Source: a bacterium
GTDB lineage: Bacteria; Electryoneota; Electryoneia; Electryoneales; Electryoneaceae
DNA: 64,000 nt
Direction of reading: 5' to 3'
Assembly (NCBI GenBank): GCA_963675295.2
Contig: CAXXKJ010000002.1
Location: forward strand, 4,160,001 to 4,224,000
Below are positions 27,650-37,519 of the stretch, piece by piece. Position numbers and translations under genes: made by a program. The notes beneath the pieces were generated by a model. It was not told the DNA's origin, did not search any database, and saw only the letters and a list, made by a program, of their open reading frames with translations. Within the stretch, counting starts at the first letter, position 1. Every line of letters begins with the position of its first letter.

Positions 27650-28407
27650 ATGACTGAACAGGTTCTTATGCCAGATCCTTATGCACCAGTCGAACTTCAA
27701 GCACTCCGACGCACCAATGGCAATTCCAGTAGCCGACTTGCTGTGGTGCTCGAACCCGAGGGTGAAGCGAAGGAAGTCGGAATTGTCAGCCAGGATTACC
27801 GGCTGGTTAAAACAGAGAAGTTGTGCAAGTCGCAGAAGACCTGCTGAACCGAACGGGGATCCCCGTCGAAGAACACCAGACATTGTGGAACGGAAAGAAA
27901 TTCCGGCAGCGGTATCTGCTGACCCAGACCACGGGCGAAGTGAAGGTTGGTGATGTTGTAGCTTGCACATTGGATGCAGTCAACAGCTACGATGGCAGTA
28001 CCACCTTCGGCCTGGAATTCAACGCAGTCCGGCTGGTTTGTAGTAACGGCATGATGTTGTCATTCATGCTTGGCGGATTCCGGTTCAAGCACTGGGGAAG
28101 CCAGAACTTCGACCGTGAATTACGAGTAGCGGCGCGTCAACTGGATCGTGTAGGGAATCGTCTTCACATGGTGCTGCCGATGCTGGTGGATCTTACCCAC
28201 AAGCGGATGCGTCGTGCCGACATTCAGAAGTTTTTCCGCGAAACCAACTTGCCGATCACTACCCAAGCGAAGGTGTTCAACGGTATTGAAGACGACACAG
28301 CCTGGGGCGTGTACAACGCGGCAACCGATGTGTTGACCAAGCAGGAACGCTTCAGTGCCGAGAACCTGAACAGGCGTGTATCGCAGTACTTCCTGTCGCC
28401 AAACTAA
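27650..28407 (+). pseudogene. DUF932/DUF945-family phage/plasmid protein, frameshifted at A-run 27809-27812
   Basis: GIVSQDYRLV + NSYDGST...RLVCSNGM; adding one A restores YRLVKNREVVQVAEDLL. Confidence 0.7.
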
Positions 28408-28427
28408 CCGAGAGGAGGTGATCATCC

Positions 28428-29333
28428 ATCGACGTTCTACGTCAATCCCTCATCAAGTCCTACCTGTGGTGCCCTGCCAGCTTCAAGTACCGATACATCG
28501 ATCAAATCCCTTCAGCCTTCCGGTCAGTGGCTGCACTGCATGGCCGTGTGCTGCACCAGCTCATCGAAGAGATGCACCTGGTGAACTGGGATCTGGACAT
28601 CACAGCTCGCTACCGGGAACGGTTCGACCACGAGGAATACCGTGGGGATGAATCGGGCACACCCGTTTTCTGGAAAAAAGACCGTGACGCGTCAATCGGC
28701 GAATTGGTAGGTGAAGCTACCGAAATGCTTGCGAACTACCGCGAGAAGGGATGGAATCGACGTACAAATGTGATCCTGTCCGAAGCGACGTTCATGCTGA
28801 AGGTAGGACGGAACGTCTTTAGTGGAACGGTGGATCAGATTCGCCGTGATGGTGACCGTTGGCAGTTGTTGGATTTCAAATCATCGAAGTTCCCACCGAA
28901 CCAGCAATTCCTTGACCTGGACTATCAGCTCGGTCTGTACGCACTGGCTTGCTGGCGTGGTGTGTTCAAGATGCCTGATGGCACGATGCGAATGCTGGAA
29001 ATCCCACCTGAAAAGCTGGATATCGTGTACTACCAGCTTCGCGATCATATCCCCTACAAGCGCAACGGTAACGGCTATGTCGCTGGTGATGAAAAAGGCG
29101 ATCCACGTCGCTCAACAAGTCGAAGCCGTCAACAGCTGATTTCACTGAAGCGCGACCTCGCGGCGATTGCCAGCAACATCAACCGTGGTGTATTCCCACG
29201 CAACCCAGGCATGATCAATTGCCCTGCGTGTGCGTTCGCTGACATCTGCCTATCGGATGCGCAGGGTGTCGGTCTGTCATCCAGGCAGGTACGATCCATC
29301 GAATCCTTGACCATAACGGGAGAAGCTGCATGA
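28428..29333 (+). CDS. PD-(D/E)XK RecB/AddB/Cas4-like nuclease with predicted 4-Cys Fe-S cluster
   Basis: SLIKSYLWCPASFKYRYID upstream and in frame with the ORF-track start; G.VDQI..LLDFKS, QLGLY, CPACAFADIC; apparent ATC start. Confidence 0.82.
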   Translation: MDVLRQSLIKSYLWCPASFKYRYIDQIPSAFRSVAALHGRVLHQLIEEMHLVNWDLDITARYRERFDHEEYRGDESGTPVFWKKDRDASIGELVGEATEMLANYREKGWNRRTNVILSEATFMLKVGRNVFSGTVDQIRRDGDRWQLLDFKSSKFPPNQQFLDLDYQLGLYALACWRGVFKMPDGTMRMLEIPPEKLDIVYYQLRDHIPYKRNGNGYVAGDEKGDPRRSTSRSRQQLISLKRDLAAIASNINRGVFPRNPGMINCPACAFADICLSDAQGVGLSSRQVRSIESLTITGEAA

Positions 29334-30067
29334 GCAAAACAAGGAACGGTACGCCAGCACGACAGAAACCCGGTTCAGATGAATCGGGCGTTGTTGTCCT
29401 GGATGCCATCAACCAACTGGACTGTATCGACATCGAAACCGAAGTGGCGGCGATGATGGAAAACATCCCCCCGTCGTTGGTTCGTGTTCGTATCGATCAC
29501 AGTCCATCTGGTCGGCATCGCATGTTCATCGATAACGGCGAATCCTACGACGATAGCCAGGAAGACCAGGTCGATGTACCTGACAACGTCTTCAGCGGAA
29601 TCGTTGTGTTCAGCCAAACGGTGAGTGCGCTGTGGGTTGAAGGCGAGCAAGTACCCCGCTACAGCGCCATCGACGGAAAGATCACCAGCGGTGATGGGTC
29701 CATTCACCTGGCTTCACAAGCCAAAGACAAAATGCGCCTGTTCGTTTTGACGTACCTGGAAACCAAGCCGCAACTGGTGGTTTTCAACCTGTCACCGACT
29801 TCCATCAAGCACTGGCGCAACCACCTGCAACGGCTTGCCCGTTCGAAAGCACCAGCCATTGCCGTCATCACTCGTTTCAGCCTGTCGGATGTTCAACGCA
29901 ACGGCTATCGTTGGGCTGAAGTTCAGTGCAGCATTGACCGTATTGTCACGCAGCAGGAACTGGATGTTGCCATGCAGCTGCGCGAAGAATGCCGTCAAGC
30001 GTTTGGAGTGATCCAGGAACAGGATTTTGATGATCCTGGCGATCGTGTTTCCGGGGAGGGCGACTGA
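29330..30067 (+). CDS. Hypothetical phage-type protein, possibly ssDNA-binding/annealing
   Basis: Overlapping ATGA coupling to nuclease; LSPTSIK.W...L...AVITRFSL; acidic C-tail. Confidence 0.5.
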   Translation: MSKTRNGTPARQKPGSDESGVVVLDAINQLDCIDIETEVAAMMENIPPSLVRVRIDHSPSGRHRMFIDNGESYDDSQEDQVDVPDNVFSGIVVFSQTVSALWVEGEQVPRYSAIDGKITSGDGSIHLASQAKDKMRLFVLTYLETKPQLVVFNLSPTSIKHWRNHLQRLARSKAPAIAVITRFSLSDVQRNGYRWAEVQCSIDRIVTQQELDVAMQLREECRQAFGVIQEQDFDDPGDRVSGEGD

Positions 30068-30168
30068 TGATACTGGCACGTATCCCTTGGCGCGAAATCG
30101 GAAAGGTAGCCGAAACAGCGATTGAAGGCGCTGCGGTCCTGATGAAGTGGATCAAGTCGAAGTGGTAA
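30067..30168 (+). CDS. 33-aa peptide MILARIPWREIGKVAETAIEGAAVLMKWIKSKW
   Basis: TGATG stop/start overlap; followed by terminator; absent from ORF track. Confidence 0.5.
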   Translation: MILARIPWREIGKVAETAIEGAAVLMKWIKSKW

Positions 30169-30174
30169 ACGAAC

Positions 30175-30202
30175 AAGGGGACGATCGGTGTCGCCCCCTT
30201 TT
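30175..30202. terminator. Terminator between convergent genes
   Basis: AAGGGGACGA...TCGCCCCCTTTT imperfect hairpin. Confidence 0.55.
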
Positions 30203-30233
30203 AGCCTTTGGAATATTACTTCGTAGCTCGGGT

Positions 30234-32060
30234 CTATCTGACCAACATTACCTTCTGCACCTGGTCCATTTGACCGGGAACGGTCGCGCGCACGAAATAC
30301 ATCCCGCTCGCCAGATTCGAACCGTCCAGTGTGAATGTGTGCGTCCCGGCGTCAACCGAACCCCGCACGAGTTCCGCAACCTGCTGACCCATCACGTTGT
30401 ACACGGTCACATTCAGCTCCGCCGTTTCCGGCAGGCTGACCGCGATCATGGTGCTGGGGTTGAACGGGTTCGGATAAACGGGCAGCAGTTCGTATTCCGT
30501 AGGAAGTGGTTTCGTGGCATTGTTCGCAGGTTCCACATCGAACAAACCTTCCCCTGCCCAGCCGGTAACCTCATTGCCGCCGGCTAGAGCCGCGTCCTTC
30601 GTGAACGGGAAGTAGCCGCCGAACTGCGGGCCACCGCCGTTGGGATTCATCCCGATCCAACCCCACATCTCGTACTCACCGGCGGGCGCGAAGGCAGGAA
30701 TGTCCTGCGTCAGGCTTCCCGTCGCTTCCATGAAAGGAAGCAGCGTAAACAGGGTCTGGAACTGGATCTGCGGGTAGAACTGGCCGTTCGGTAGTTTTAC
30801 TTTTGTCCAAACCGTTAATCCGGTATAATTACCAGGCAGTGTACTTACAATATTGATATCGTAGTGCAGTGTTCCGCCAGCAGCAGGGAGATTGGTTCCG
30901 GATGTCGGCGTGAGGGTAACAACAACTGGGTCTTGCTGTGGTCCGGGTTGTTCCCACCACGTGATGGAGTCGGCAAGCCAGGCTGCTCCGAGCACATCGG
31001 TATCTCCGTCGCCATCCATATCCGCAGCATAGACGTCCCTCGCACCTGTGAAATCGTCATCCACGTTATGTTCTGTCCACGCGGTGCCCTCACCGTCGGC
31101 GTTCTCCCACCATGTGATTTCATAGTCGTTCTGGCAGGCACCGAGTACATCCATGTCACCGTCACCGTCCACATCGGTTGCGTATACAGAGTACGCACCG
31201 TCAAAATCCCCATCCACGATGTGTTCAATCCACGATGTGCCAGCGCCATCGGCGTTCTCCCACCACGTGATGTCGTCAGCAACATCAGCTGCACCAAGCA
31301 TGTCGATGTCACCATCTCCATCCACGTCCACCGCATGTACGGAGCGCGCACCATTGAAGTCTCCTTCCACCGTGTGTTCCGTCCACGCGGTGCCATCACC
31401 GTCAGTGTTCTCCCACCATGTGATGTCGTCGGCCAGCCTGGCCGTACCGAGCACGTCCGTGTCGCCGTCACCGTCCACGTCCGCGGCGGTCACGGAGCAA
31501 GCGTAATTGTAATCAATAGCGACGACGTGATTGTCCCACGCTGTGCCATCGCCGTCTATGTTCTCCCACCATAGAATCTGGTCGTCCTCAGCAGCCGCCC
31601 CGAGAACATCGGTGTCACCGTCGCTATCCACATCCATCGCATATACGGAATGCGCACCTTGGAAGGCTATGGCTACGGTGTGAACGGTCCATGAGGTGCC
31701 TGTACCGTCAGAGTTTTCCCACCATTTGATGGCATCGGCATGGAAAGCCGCACCAAGTATGTCGGTATCTCCGTCGCCGTCTACATCCATCGCGTACACT
31801 TCATTTGCACCATTGAAGTCGATGTCCACTGTGTGCTCGATCCACGACGTACCCGAACCGTCGGCGTTCTCCCACCATGTGATATCATCGTCATCAAATG
31901 CCGCACCGATCACGTCGGTGTCACCGTCACCGTCCACGTCCGTCGCAAACACGGAAACCGCATGGAAAAACTCATCATCTACAGTGTGTTCAACCCAGTC
32001 CTGCGCCGCCACAAAGACCGGCAGCACCAGCAAAAACATGCCCGTCATGAAGTACTTCAT
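30234..32060 (-). CDS. Secreted FG-GAP/VCBS 7-repeat beta-propeller + Ig-like domain + T9SS CTD
   Basis: Signal peptide MKYFMTG..; seven ~51-aa repeats with DVDGDGDTD; YPNPFNPST...LASGMYFV...KVMLVR. Confidence 0.88.
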   Translation of the reverse strand: MKYFMTGMFLLVLPVFVAAQDWVEHTVDDEFFHAVSVFATDVDGDGDTDVIGAAFDDDDITWWENADGSGTSWIEHTVDIDFNGANEVYAMDVDGDGDTDILGAAFHADAIKWWENSDGTGTSWTVHTVAIAFQGAHSVYAMDVDSDGDTDVLGAAAEDDQILWWENIDGDGTAWDNHVVAIDYNYACSVTAADVDGDGDTDVLGTARLADDITWWENTDGDGTAWTEHTVEGDFNGARSVHAVDVDGDGDIDMLGAADVADDITWWENADGAGTSWIEHIVDGDFDGAYSVYATDVDGDGDMDVLGACQNDYEITWWENADGEGTAWTEHNVDDDFTGARDVYAADMDGDGDTDVLGAAWLADSITWWEQPGPQQDPVVVTLTPTSGTNLPAAGGTLHYDINIVSTLPGNYTGLTVWTKVKLPNGQFYPQIQFQTLFTLLPFMEATGSLTQDIPAFAPAGEYEMWGWIGMNPNGGGPQFGGYFPFTKDAALAGGNEVTGWAGEGLFDVEPANNATKPLPTEYELLPVYPNPFNPSTMIAVSLPETAELNVTVYNVMGQQVAELVRGSVDAGTHTFTLDGSNLASGMYFVRATVPGQMDQVQKVMLVR

Positions 32061-32232
32061 GGTGTATCCCCCCCGTTTATCCCCTACAAACACGAATGTT
32101 TTAAAATGATAACACGGGAACCCCGTCAGCATAAAGCCGTTAATTGCGAAAATTGCAAAAAAAAGCCACAACAAGATGCTGTGGCTGTTGGACTTGCTAA
32201 TAAGGAGAGTCTAACTCCGCTCTGGATCACAC

Positions 32233-34608
32233 TCAGCGCACGAGCATCACCTTCTGGACCGCATTCAGTTGGCCGGGAACGGTCGCGCGCACGAAATACA
32301 TCCCGCTCGCCAGATTCGAACCGTCCAGCGTGAATGTGTGCGTCCCGGCGTCAACCGAACCCCGCACAAGTTCCGCAACCTGCTGACCCATCACGTTGTA
32401 CACGGTCACGGTCAGTTCGGACGTTGCAGGTAATGTCACCTGAAGCTTCGTTGTTGGGTTAAACGGATTCGGGTAGATCGGCTGCATCTCATACACGGTC
32501 GGTAGAAAGCCCTCGGACGCTACGGTTTCGCCCATCTCGAATTCACCCCTCGCTGACCATTCGTTGATTTCCGTGCCATCGATCACCGCCGCATTCTTTG
32601 CAAACGGGAAGAAGCCCCCGAACTGTGGACCGCCGCCATTGGGGTTTACACCGATCCAGGCCCACATCTCGTAGTCGCCAGCCGGAGCGAAACTCGGGAT
32701 GTCTTGCATCAGACTGCCAGTGAGGTCCATGTAGGGTGTTAAGGTAAATGTATACTGGAATTGTATCTGCGGGTAGAACGTGCCGTTTGGAAGTTTGACC
32801 TTTGTCCAGAACCAGACTCCGGGATAGCTGTTCGGCAAATCACTGACCACATTCGCATCGAATTCGAGTAATCCTCCGTTAGCTGGCAGGTTGGTGCCTG
32901 AGGTTGGTGTTAAGATGACTTCAACAGGATCGGCTTCGCCACCGCTAATGGTGAAGACTCCGCTGACGTCTGAGATGGCTGGATCATTCACCGAGGCAAT
33001 CTCGATCTCAAAGTTGGAGCCCGTGTCCCCTGTCTCCGGGATCGTCCATTCGTATGTCCCGTCGCTCGGGGTGGAACTGATGATGGTGGAGTGGAATGAC
33101 CCGTTTATGAGCAGGTTGATCTCGACATTTTCGTCAAGGTTGTCCGACCACTCGATGGTATGGGTTTCACCGCGGGCCCAGACCTCGCCACCGGATGGGG
33201 AGATGATGGAAATCACGGGGCCGGGGGTGGGCTGAATGGAAAGCTCGTTGCTGAAATCGAAGATGAATTCGTTGTCCACCGACGTAACCTTGATTCTCGA
33301 ATGGTGGAGCCACTGCCCCTGGTCGGGGATGGTCCACATGAACGAACCATCGCTGGGGGTGGATTCCGCGATCAGATCCAGAAGCGTGCCGGTCCACCAC
33401 TCGAGGCGTACGTCTCCGGTGATGTTGTCGTCCCAGGTGATCTCGTAGGTGAACCCATGGTACCAGGTTTCGCCGCCGAGGGGGTTGGTGATGTGAATCT
33501 CCGGCCCGCTGTAGGGAACTTGCTCCCACCAACTGAACCCATCGGCTCCACGGCTCATCAGGTCAATGTCGCCGTCGCCGTCGATGTCGCCGGACACAAC
33601 TCCATAGTAAGGCTGCACCACTTCGGTGACGAAGTGTGAGTCGAACAGAAATGACCCATCGTTGATCCAGTACGTCAGTTTGTCTTCGTACAGGCCACCA
33701 TATTGGTTCTGGTGAGCCGTAACGATGTCCAGGTCTCCGTCGTTGTCGATGTCAACGACCGAGCGACCATTGGATTGGGGCGCTCCTCCTGGAATATTGT
33801 AATCGGACCAGTCGTCACCTGCCCCTTCGTTTTCGATCCAGCCCAGAGTGCTCTCCGCGGTGAAGATATCGGTGTCGAAATCGCCGTCTATGTCGACTGC
33901 GATCATTCCACCGAAATTGTTGAAGGAGATCGTTACTATTGGGAAAGATGAGCCGTCCCCGTTCACGTTTTCGTAGAGAACAGTATCGTTGTTGCTCGCG
34001 ACAATATCGTTGTCACCGTCGTTATCCACGTCCAGGATGATGATGTCCCTGAAGTCCTGCCAGCCACCATCCTGCAGATAGTGGATTTCCCACGGGTCGG
34101 ATCCGTTGTTCCTGATCCATGTATTGCCATATTGACCCCGAGTCAGGGCGAGGTCCGGATCGCCGTCTCCATCGATGTCACCCACGTCCATAGCGCTGCA
34201 GGCCATAAGATCTTCGGTGATGGTCTCGATGTCCCAGTAGATGGTATCCCCCTGGGTCTGATACCACACCCAGACCGTCGTGAGCCCCACCCCCGCAATG
34301 TCGAGGTCACCATCACCATTGAAATCGGCGACGGCGCAGTCCCGCAGATGCTGCCAGCCGGAGACCACGGTGTGTTCGGCGAAGGAGTCGCCGTTGTTGA
34401 TGTTTTCCATCCACCAGAGTCCGGCGTACCAGTAGGCGTACTGGTTGTAGACGGCGTCCAGGTCGCCGTCCTGGTCCAGGTCGACCAATTCGAAATGCGT
34501 TGTTCCCCCCTCAGTATCAGGGATGGGATGCTGAACCCAGCCTATCTGGCCCAAGACCATCATCGGAATGGCGATTACGAGCAACAGTGAATAGCGCAGA
34601 ACCTTCAT
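32233..34608 (-). CDS. Secreted FG-GAP protein + two Ser/Thr-rich (P.GGE.W) Ig-like domains + Ig-like domain + T9SS CTD
   Basis: DLDQDGDLD-type repeats; PLGGETW / PSGGEVW domains; same CTD as neighbour. Confidence 0.85.
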   Translation of the reverse strand: MKVLRYSLLLVIAIPMMVLGQIGWVQHPIPDTEGGTTHFELVDLDQDGDLDAVYNQYAYWYAGLWWMENINNGDSFAEHTVVSGWQHLRDCAVADFNGDGDLDIAGVGLTTVWVWYQTQGDTIYWDIETITEDLMACSAMDVGDIDGDGDPDLALTRGQYGNTWIRNNGSDPWEIHYLQDGGWQDFRDIIILDVDNDGDNDIVASNNDTVLYENVNGDGSSFPIVTISFNNFGGMIAVDIDGDFDTDIFTAESTLGWIENEGAGDDWSDYNIPGGAPQSNGRSVVDIDNDGDLDIVTAHQNQYGGLYEDKLTYWINDGSFLFDSHFVTEVVQPYYGVVSGDIDGDGDIDLMSRGADGFSWWEQVPYSGPEIHITNPLGGETWYHGFTYEITWDDNITGDVRLEWWTGTLLDLIAESTPSDGSFMWTIPDQGQWLHHSRIKVTSVDNEFIFDFSNELSIQPTPGPVISIISPSGGEVWARGETHTIEWSDNLDENVEINLLINGSFHSTIISSTPSDGTYEWTIPETGDTGSNFEIEIASVNDPAISDVSGVFTISGGEADPVEVILTPTSGTNLPANGGLLEFDANVVSDLPNSYPGVWFWTKVKLPNGTFYPQIQFQYTFTLTPYMDLTGSLMQDIPSFAPAGDYEMWAWIGVNPNGGGPQFGGFFPFAKNAAVIDGTEINEWSARGEFEMGETVASEGFLPTVYEMQPIYPNPFNPTTKLQVTLPATSELTVTVYNVMGQQVAELVRGSVDAGTHTFTLDGSNLASGMYFVRATVPGQLNAVQKVMLVR

Positions 34609-35294
34609 CAGTCTATCCCCCCAATTATCGATCAAGAACACCTTCGACGGTCGCGTCCCGAAGTTTGGTGGAAACTGCGATCCACCCTCAGCTGTTGAAA
34701 GCTACGCCGCATCTAGAAAGCGATCAACCGAATCAAGCGGGGATCGGCATTTTTGTGATTTCGTTCACCTACTTCCCCATCGACCCATATTTTGTTGTGA
34801 CAAGCACTTAAGTCCCCCCCCATTAACTCCGAGAGCGTATTACCCAGGCCTAACATTTCGGTCTGTCACGATTCAAGGGATCGCATCATCCAATGCGATG
34901 AAGAGGATTTCGGCAGATACGAAAGCGCCTCTTGAGCTGGATAGCCTGGGGGCGTGTGGGTGACTGCTGGCATGTTGTAGTTACGCGACATTTCTGTCAG
35001 ATCGGGGTGCCGGTGGAAAATACCCGGTGAGGAAAATACCGGGCTTTCGACATAGACCGAGCCAGGGAACGTTCAGTTGATTTTTTTTTTTTGAAATTTT
35101 TTGGTGGGACACATAGTGCGGTTCGGACGCGGTTTTCCATATCTTTCCCTTTGAAACCTTTCGTATAGGAAGTTCATAGAAAAAGGCGCCGATCTGACCG
35201 AAGCGCCCTTGCTAACTGACTGCCAGCCAAGTAATTTCTGTAGGTCAAGCAAGAATAGTATCCCAATGTAACTTGTCCGCCGGTGGAGGATTAG

Positions 35295-35429
35295 ATGCTG
35301 AAGTGGTCGAAGGAACATATTGAAGCCGTGGACAAGGACTGTCCGGGTATCGCTGAGCAGATCTATAGATTTGAAGCGAACCAACTGCCGGACTGCCCGT
35401 ACTGTAGCTCAGATGACACAGCGCTTGTC
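35295..35429 (+). pseudogene. Small Zn-ribbon-like gene truncated by IS
   Basis: RBS GGAGG, CPYCSS motif, reading frame runs into IS end. Confidence 0.5.
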
Positions 35430-35438
35430 TGTATGTCT

Positions 35439-36479
35439 TCAAAGCCTTTGGGACAGAAGCTTAGTTATGGTTCCGGTCTTTTCAGTGTAGTGGTTTTCTC
35501 GTGTTGATCTCAAGTTTTGTCGTCTTCTTTCCTGCAGTGTTTTCCGTTTGATCTCCTCGCGTTTGGTTTGAATTTCGTGGTAGCGGCCGCTGTACATGTC
35601 GGCCGGTGTGATGTTGTCCAGCGATTCGTGGACACGTTCGTGGTTGTACCAAGTGACGAAGGCATCGATCTGATGTCGTAAGTCGTCCGGGAACCAGTAG
35701 TTCTGCAGCTTGATAAGGTTCTTCATCGTGCGGTGGTAGCGTTCGATCTTACCCTGTGTCATCGGGTGATACGGCTTGCCGCGCGTATGGTCCATCTTCT
35801 GATCTGACAGGTACTTCGCCAGTTCTTTCGACACATAGCACGGCCCGTTGTCCGACAGCAGCCGGGGACGGTGACGCACGGTCACCTGGTCGATTCCGGC
35901 ATGTTCAAGTGCCAGATCGAGGGTTTCCTTCACGTCATCCGCTGACATGGTCGTAAACAGCTTCCACGACAGGATGTAGCGGCTGTAATCGTCCATCACC
36001 GTCGACAGGTAATACCACCCCCAGCCGACCACCCGGAAGTACGTGAAATCCGTCTGCCACAGCTCGTTGATCCGGCGGGTCGGATTCTTGAATTTATCCG
36101 CCGCCTTCAGCACGATGTAATTCGGGCTGGCAATCAAATCATACGACTTAAGTATCCGGTATACACTGGATTCCGAGATGTACCAGCCGTGCTCGTCGGT
36201 AATGTGCCAGGCCAGTTCACGGGGTGTCTTGTCCGGATGGTCCAGCGCCAGGTCACGCACCCGTTTCTTCTCCTGATCCGGGATCTTGTTCCAGAACTGG
36301 CGCACGACGGGCTTCCGATCGACCAGACCGTCAAAGCCATCATCCACGTACTGGCTATACCAGCGATAGAACGTGCTGCGCGGGATGTCCAACTGCTCCA
36401 GCGTGCGTTTCACACCCAGATCGGACTGCTCCACCAGACGGATGATTTCCAGCTTCTCTGAAGCGCTGTGTCGCATCAT
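35439..36479 (-). CDS. IS transposase OrfB (HTH + DDE/rve)
   Basis: WQTDFTY, LLSDNGPCY, PMTQGKIERYHRTMK. Confidence 0.93.
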   Translation of the reverse strand: MMRHSASEKLEIIRLVEQSDLGVKRTLEQLDIPRSTFYRWYSQYVDDGFDGLVDRKPVVRQFWNKIPDQEKKRVRDLALDHPDKTPRELAWHITDEHGWYISESSVYRILKSYDLIASPNYIVLKAADKFKNPTRRINELWQTDFTYFRVVGWGWYYLSTVMDDYSRYILSWKLFTTMSADDVKETLDLALEHAGIDQVTVRHRPRLLSDNGPCYVSKELAKYLSDQKMDHTRGKPYHPMTQGKIERYHRTMKNLIKLQNYWFPDDLRHQIDAFVTWYNHERVHESLDNITPADMYSGRYHEIQTKREEIKRKTLQERRRQNLRSTRENHYTEKTGTITKLLSQRL

Positions 36480-36847
36480 TCGTCCGGGTCGATACCCTGA
36501 TCGATGCAGCTTTTTTTTAGGTACTGATTCTGCAGATACAGATCCGAAACACCACGCCGAAGCTCTTCGTTTTCACGTTTCAGCTGCTTCACTTCGTCGC
36601 TGCTGGCTTCACGTTTCGTGTCGCCCTGCAGACGCTTCTTCCCGGCTTCCAGAAATTCCTTCGACCAGCTATAATACTGATTTGCGTGAATCTCTTCGAT
36701 CCGGCACAGCTCGGCGATGCTCATCTCGCCACGCAGACCTTCCAGCACGATGCGGATCTTCTCTTCGGACGAAAACTTCCGGCGGGTACGACGCTTCACT
36801 TCGCGTACGGCTTCTTCGGATGGCGACTTCTTTGGCCTTGGGCTCAT
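36476..36847 (-). CDS. IS transposase OrfA (HTH) with A8G slippery site near 36510-36518
   Basis: RRKFSSEEKIRIVLEGLRGE.SIAELCR; A AAA AAG motif on minus strand. Confidence 0.9.
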   Translation of the reverse strand: MSPRPKKSPSEEAVREVKRRTRRKFSSEEKIRIVLEGLRGEMSIAELCRIEEIHANQYYSWSKEFLEAGKKRLQGDTKREASSDEVKQLKRENEELRRGVSDLYLQNQYLKKSCIDQGIDPDE

Positions 36848-36933
36848 GACTGACCTCCTCATTCGTCAATCTAAGACCAAAACCATAACTAACTACAGAC
36901 CTACAAATGTCCCACTTCCTCTGACGTCAGACA

Positions 36934-37467
36934 GGCAAGTTCAAGTAATGTGTCTGGAGTATGGTGGTCATCAGCACCGAGGCATATATCTGGTCTTGCT
37001 GCCTTTGGATAGAGTTCAAATGGCAGAGGTCTTTCCGGATATGAGTGAATGTCGATAATTACGGCATGCCCGAATTGTTTAAGCATGTTATCAACAACGT
37101 CTGCAAACTCTTTATGGTGCGGATCATAGTAGGTGCGTTTCAAACGTTCTGAATCCTGACTCGATAAGCGTCGCATGGGTTCGCCATTGTGCCGCTTCAC
37201 ATAGGTCGCGCCCATGCCCTTGTCTGCCATGGGTTCAGCATCGTCGTTCCTAAACCTCTCAGGGTCGACAAGAAGACGGCTGTATTTGTATCTTAGTACA
37301 TGATATTCTGCCTTGGCAGCGGACAAAAACTGGTCGGTAAAATGGTCAGTCATGATGTTCAACTCGGTTTCCATCTCATCATTGGTCAAGAAGTAGTGAG
37401 ACGCTTCCGCAGCTGGAATCTCACGAGAGCTATGTGGTACATGAATCAGAACCGGGTTCGGGCACAT
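36934..37467 (-). pseudogene. N-formylglutamate amidohydrolase, C-terminally truncated by IS
   Basis: IHVPHSS, TDHFTD, SRLLVDPERF, YYDPHH, IDIHSYP, RPDICLG; frame enters IS IR. Confidence 0.8.
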
Positions 37468-37519
37468 ATGTCATCCTCTAGTTAGCAAGTTTAAACTATC
37501 CTTAAGGGAGGTCCACAGT

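Larger units (their letters stand above)
35430..36933 (-). mobile_element. IS3-family-type insertion sequence (~1.5 kb)
   Basis: 26-bp imperfect terminal IRs TGTATGTCTTCAAAGCCTTTGGGACA / TGTCTGACGTCAGAGGAAGTGGGACA; orfA/orfB; no target duplication visible. Confidence 0.88.

Noticed and set aside
27800-27830. Programmed -1 frameshift in the DUF932 gene
   Set aside because: No in-frame X XXY YYZ heptamer; a one-base loss in an A-run (mutation or sequencing error) is simpler
28428-29333. Cas4-like nuclease as evidence of CRISPR-Cas
   Set aside because: No cas1/cas2, effector genes or repeat-spacer array seen in the window
30950-32000. ~153-bp tandem repeats as CRISPR or DGR template/variable repeats
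   Set aside because: They are in-frame FG-GAP coding repeats; no reverse transcriptase present
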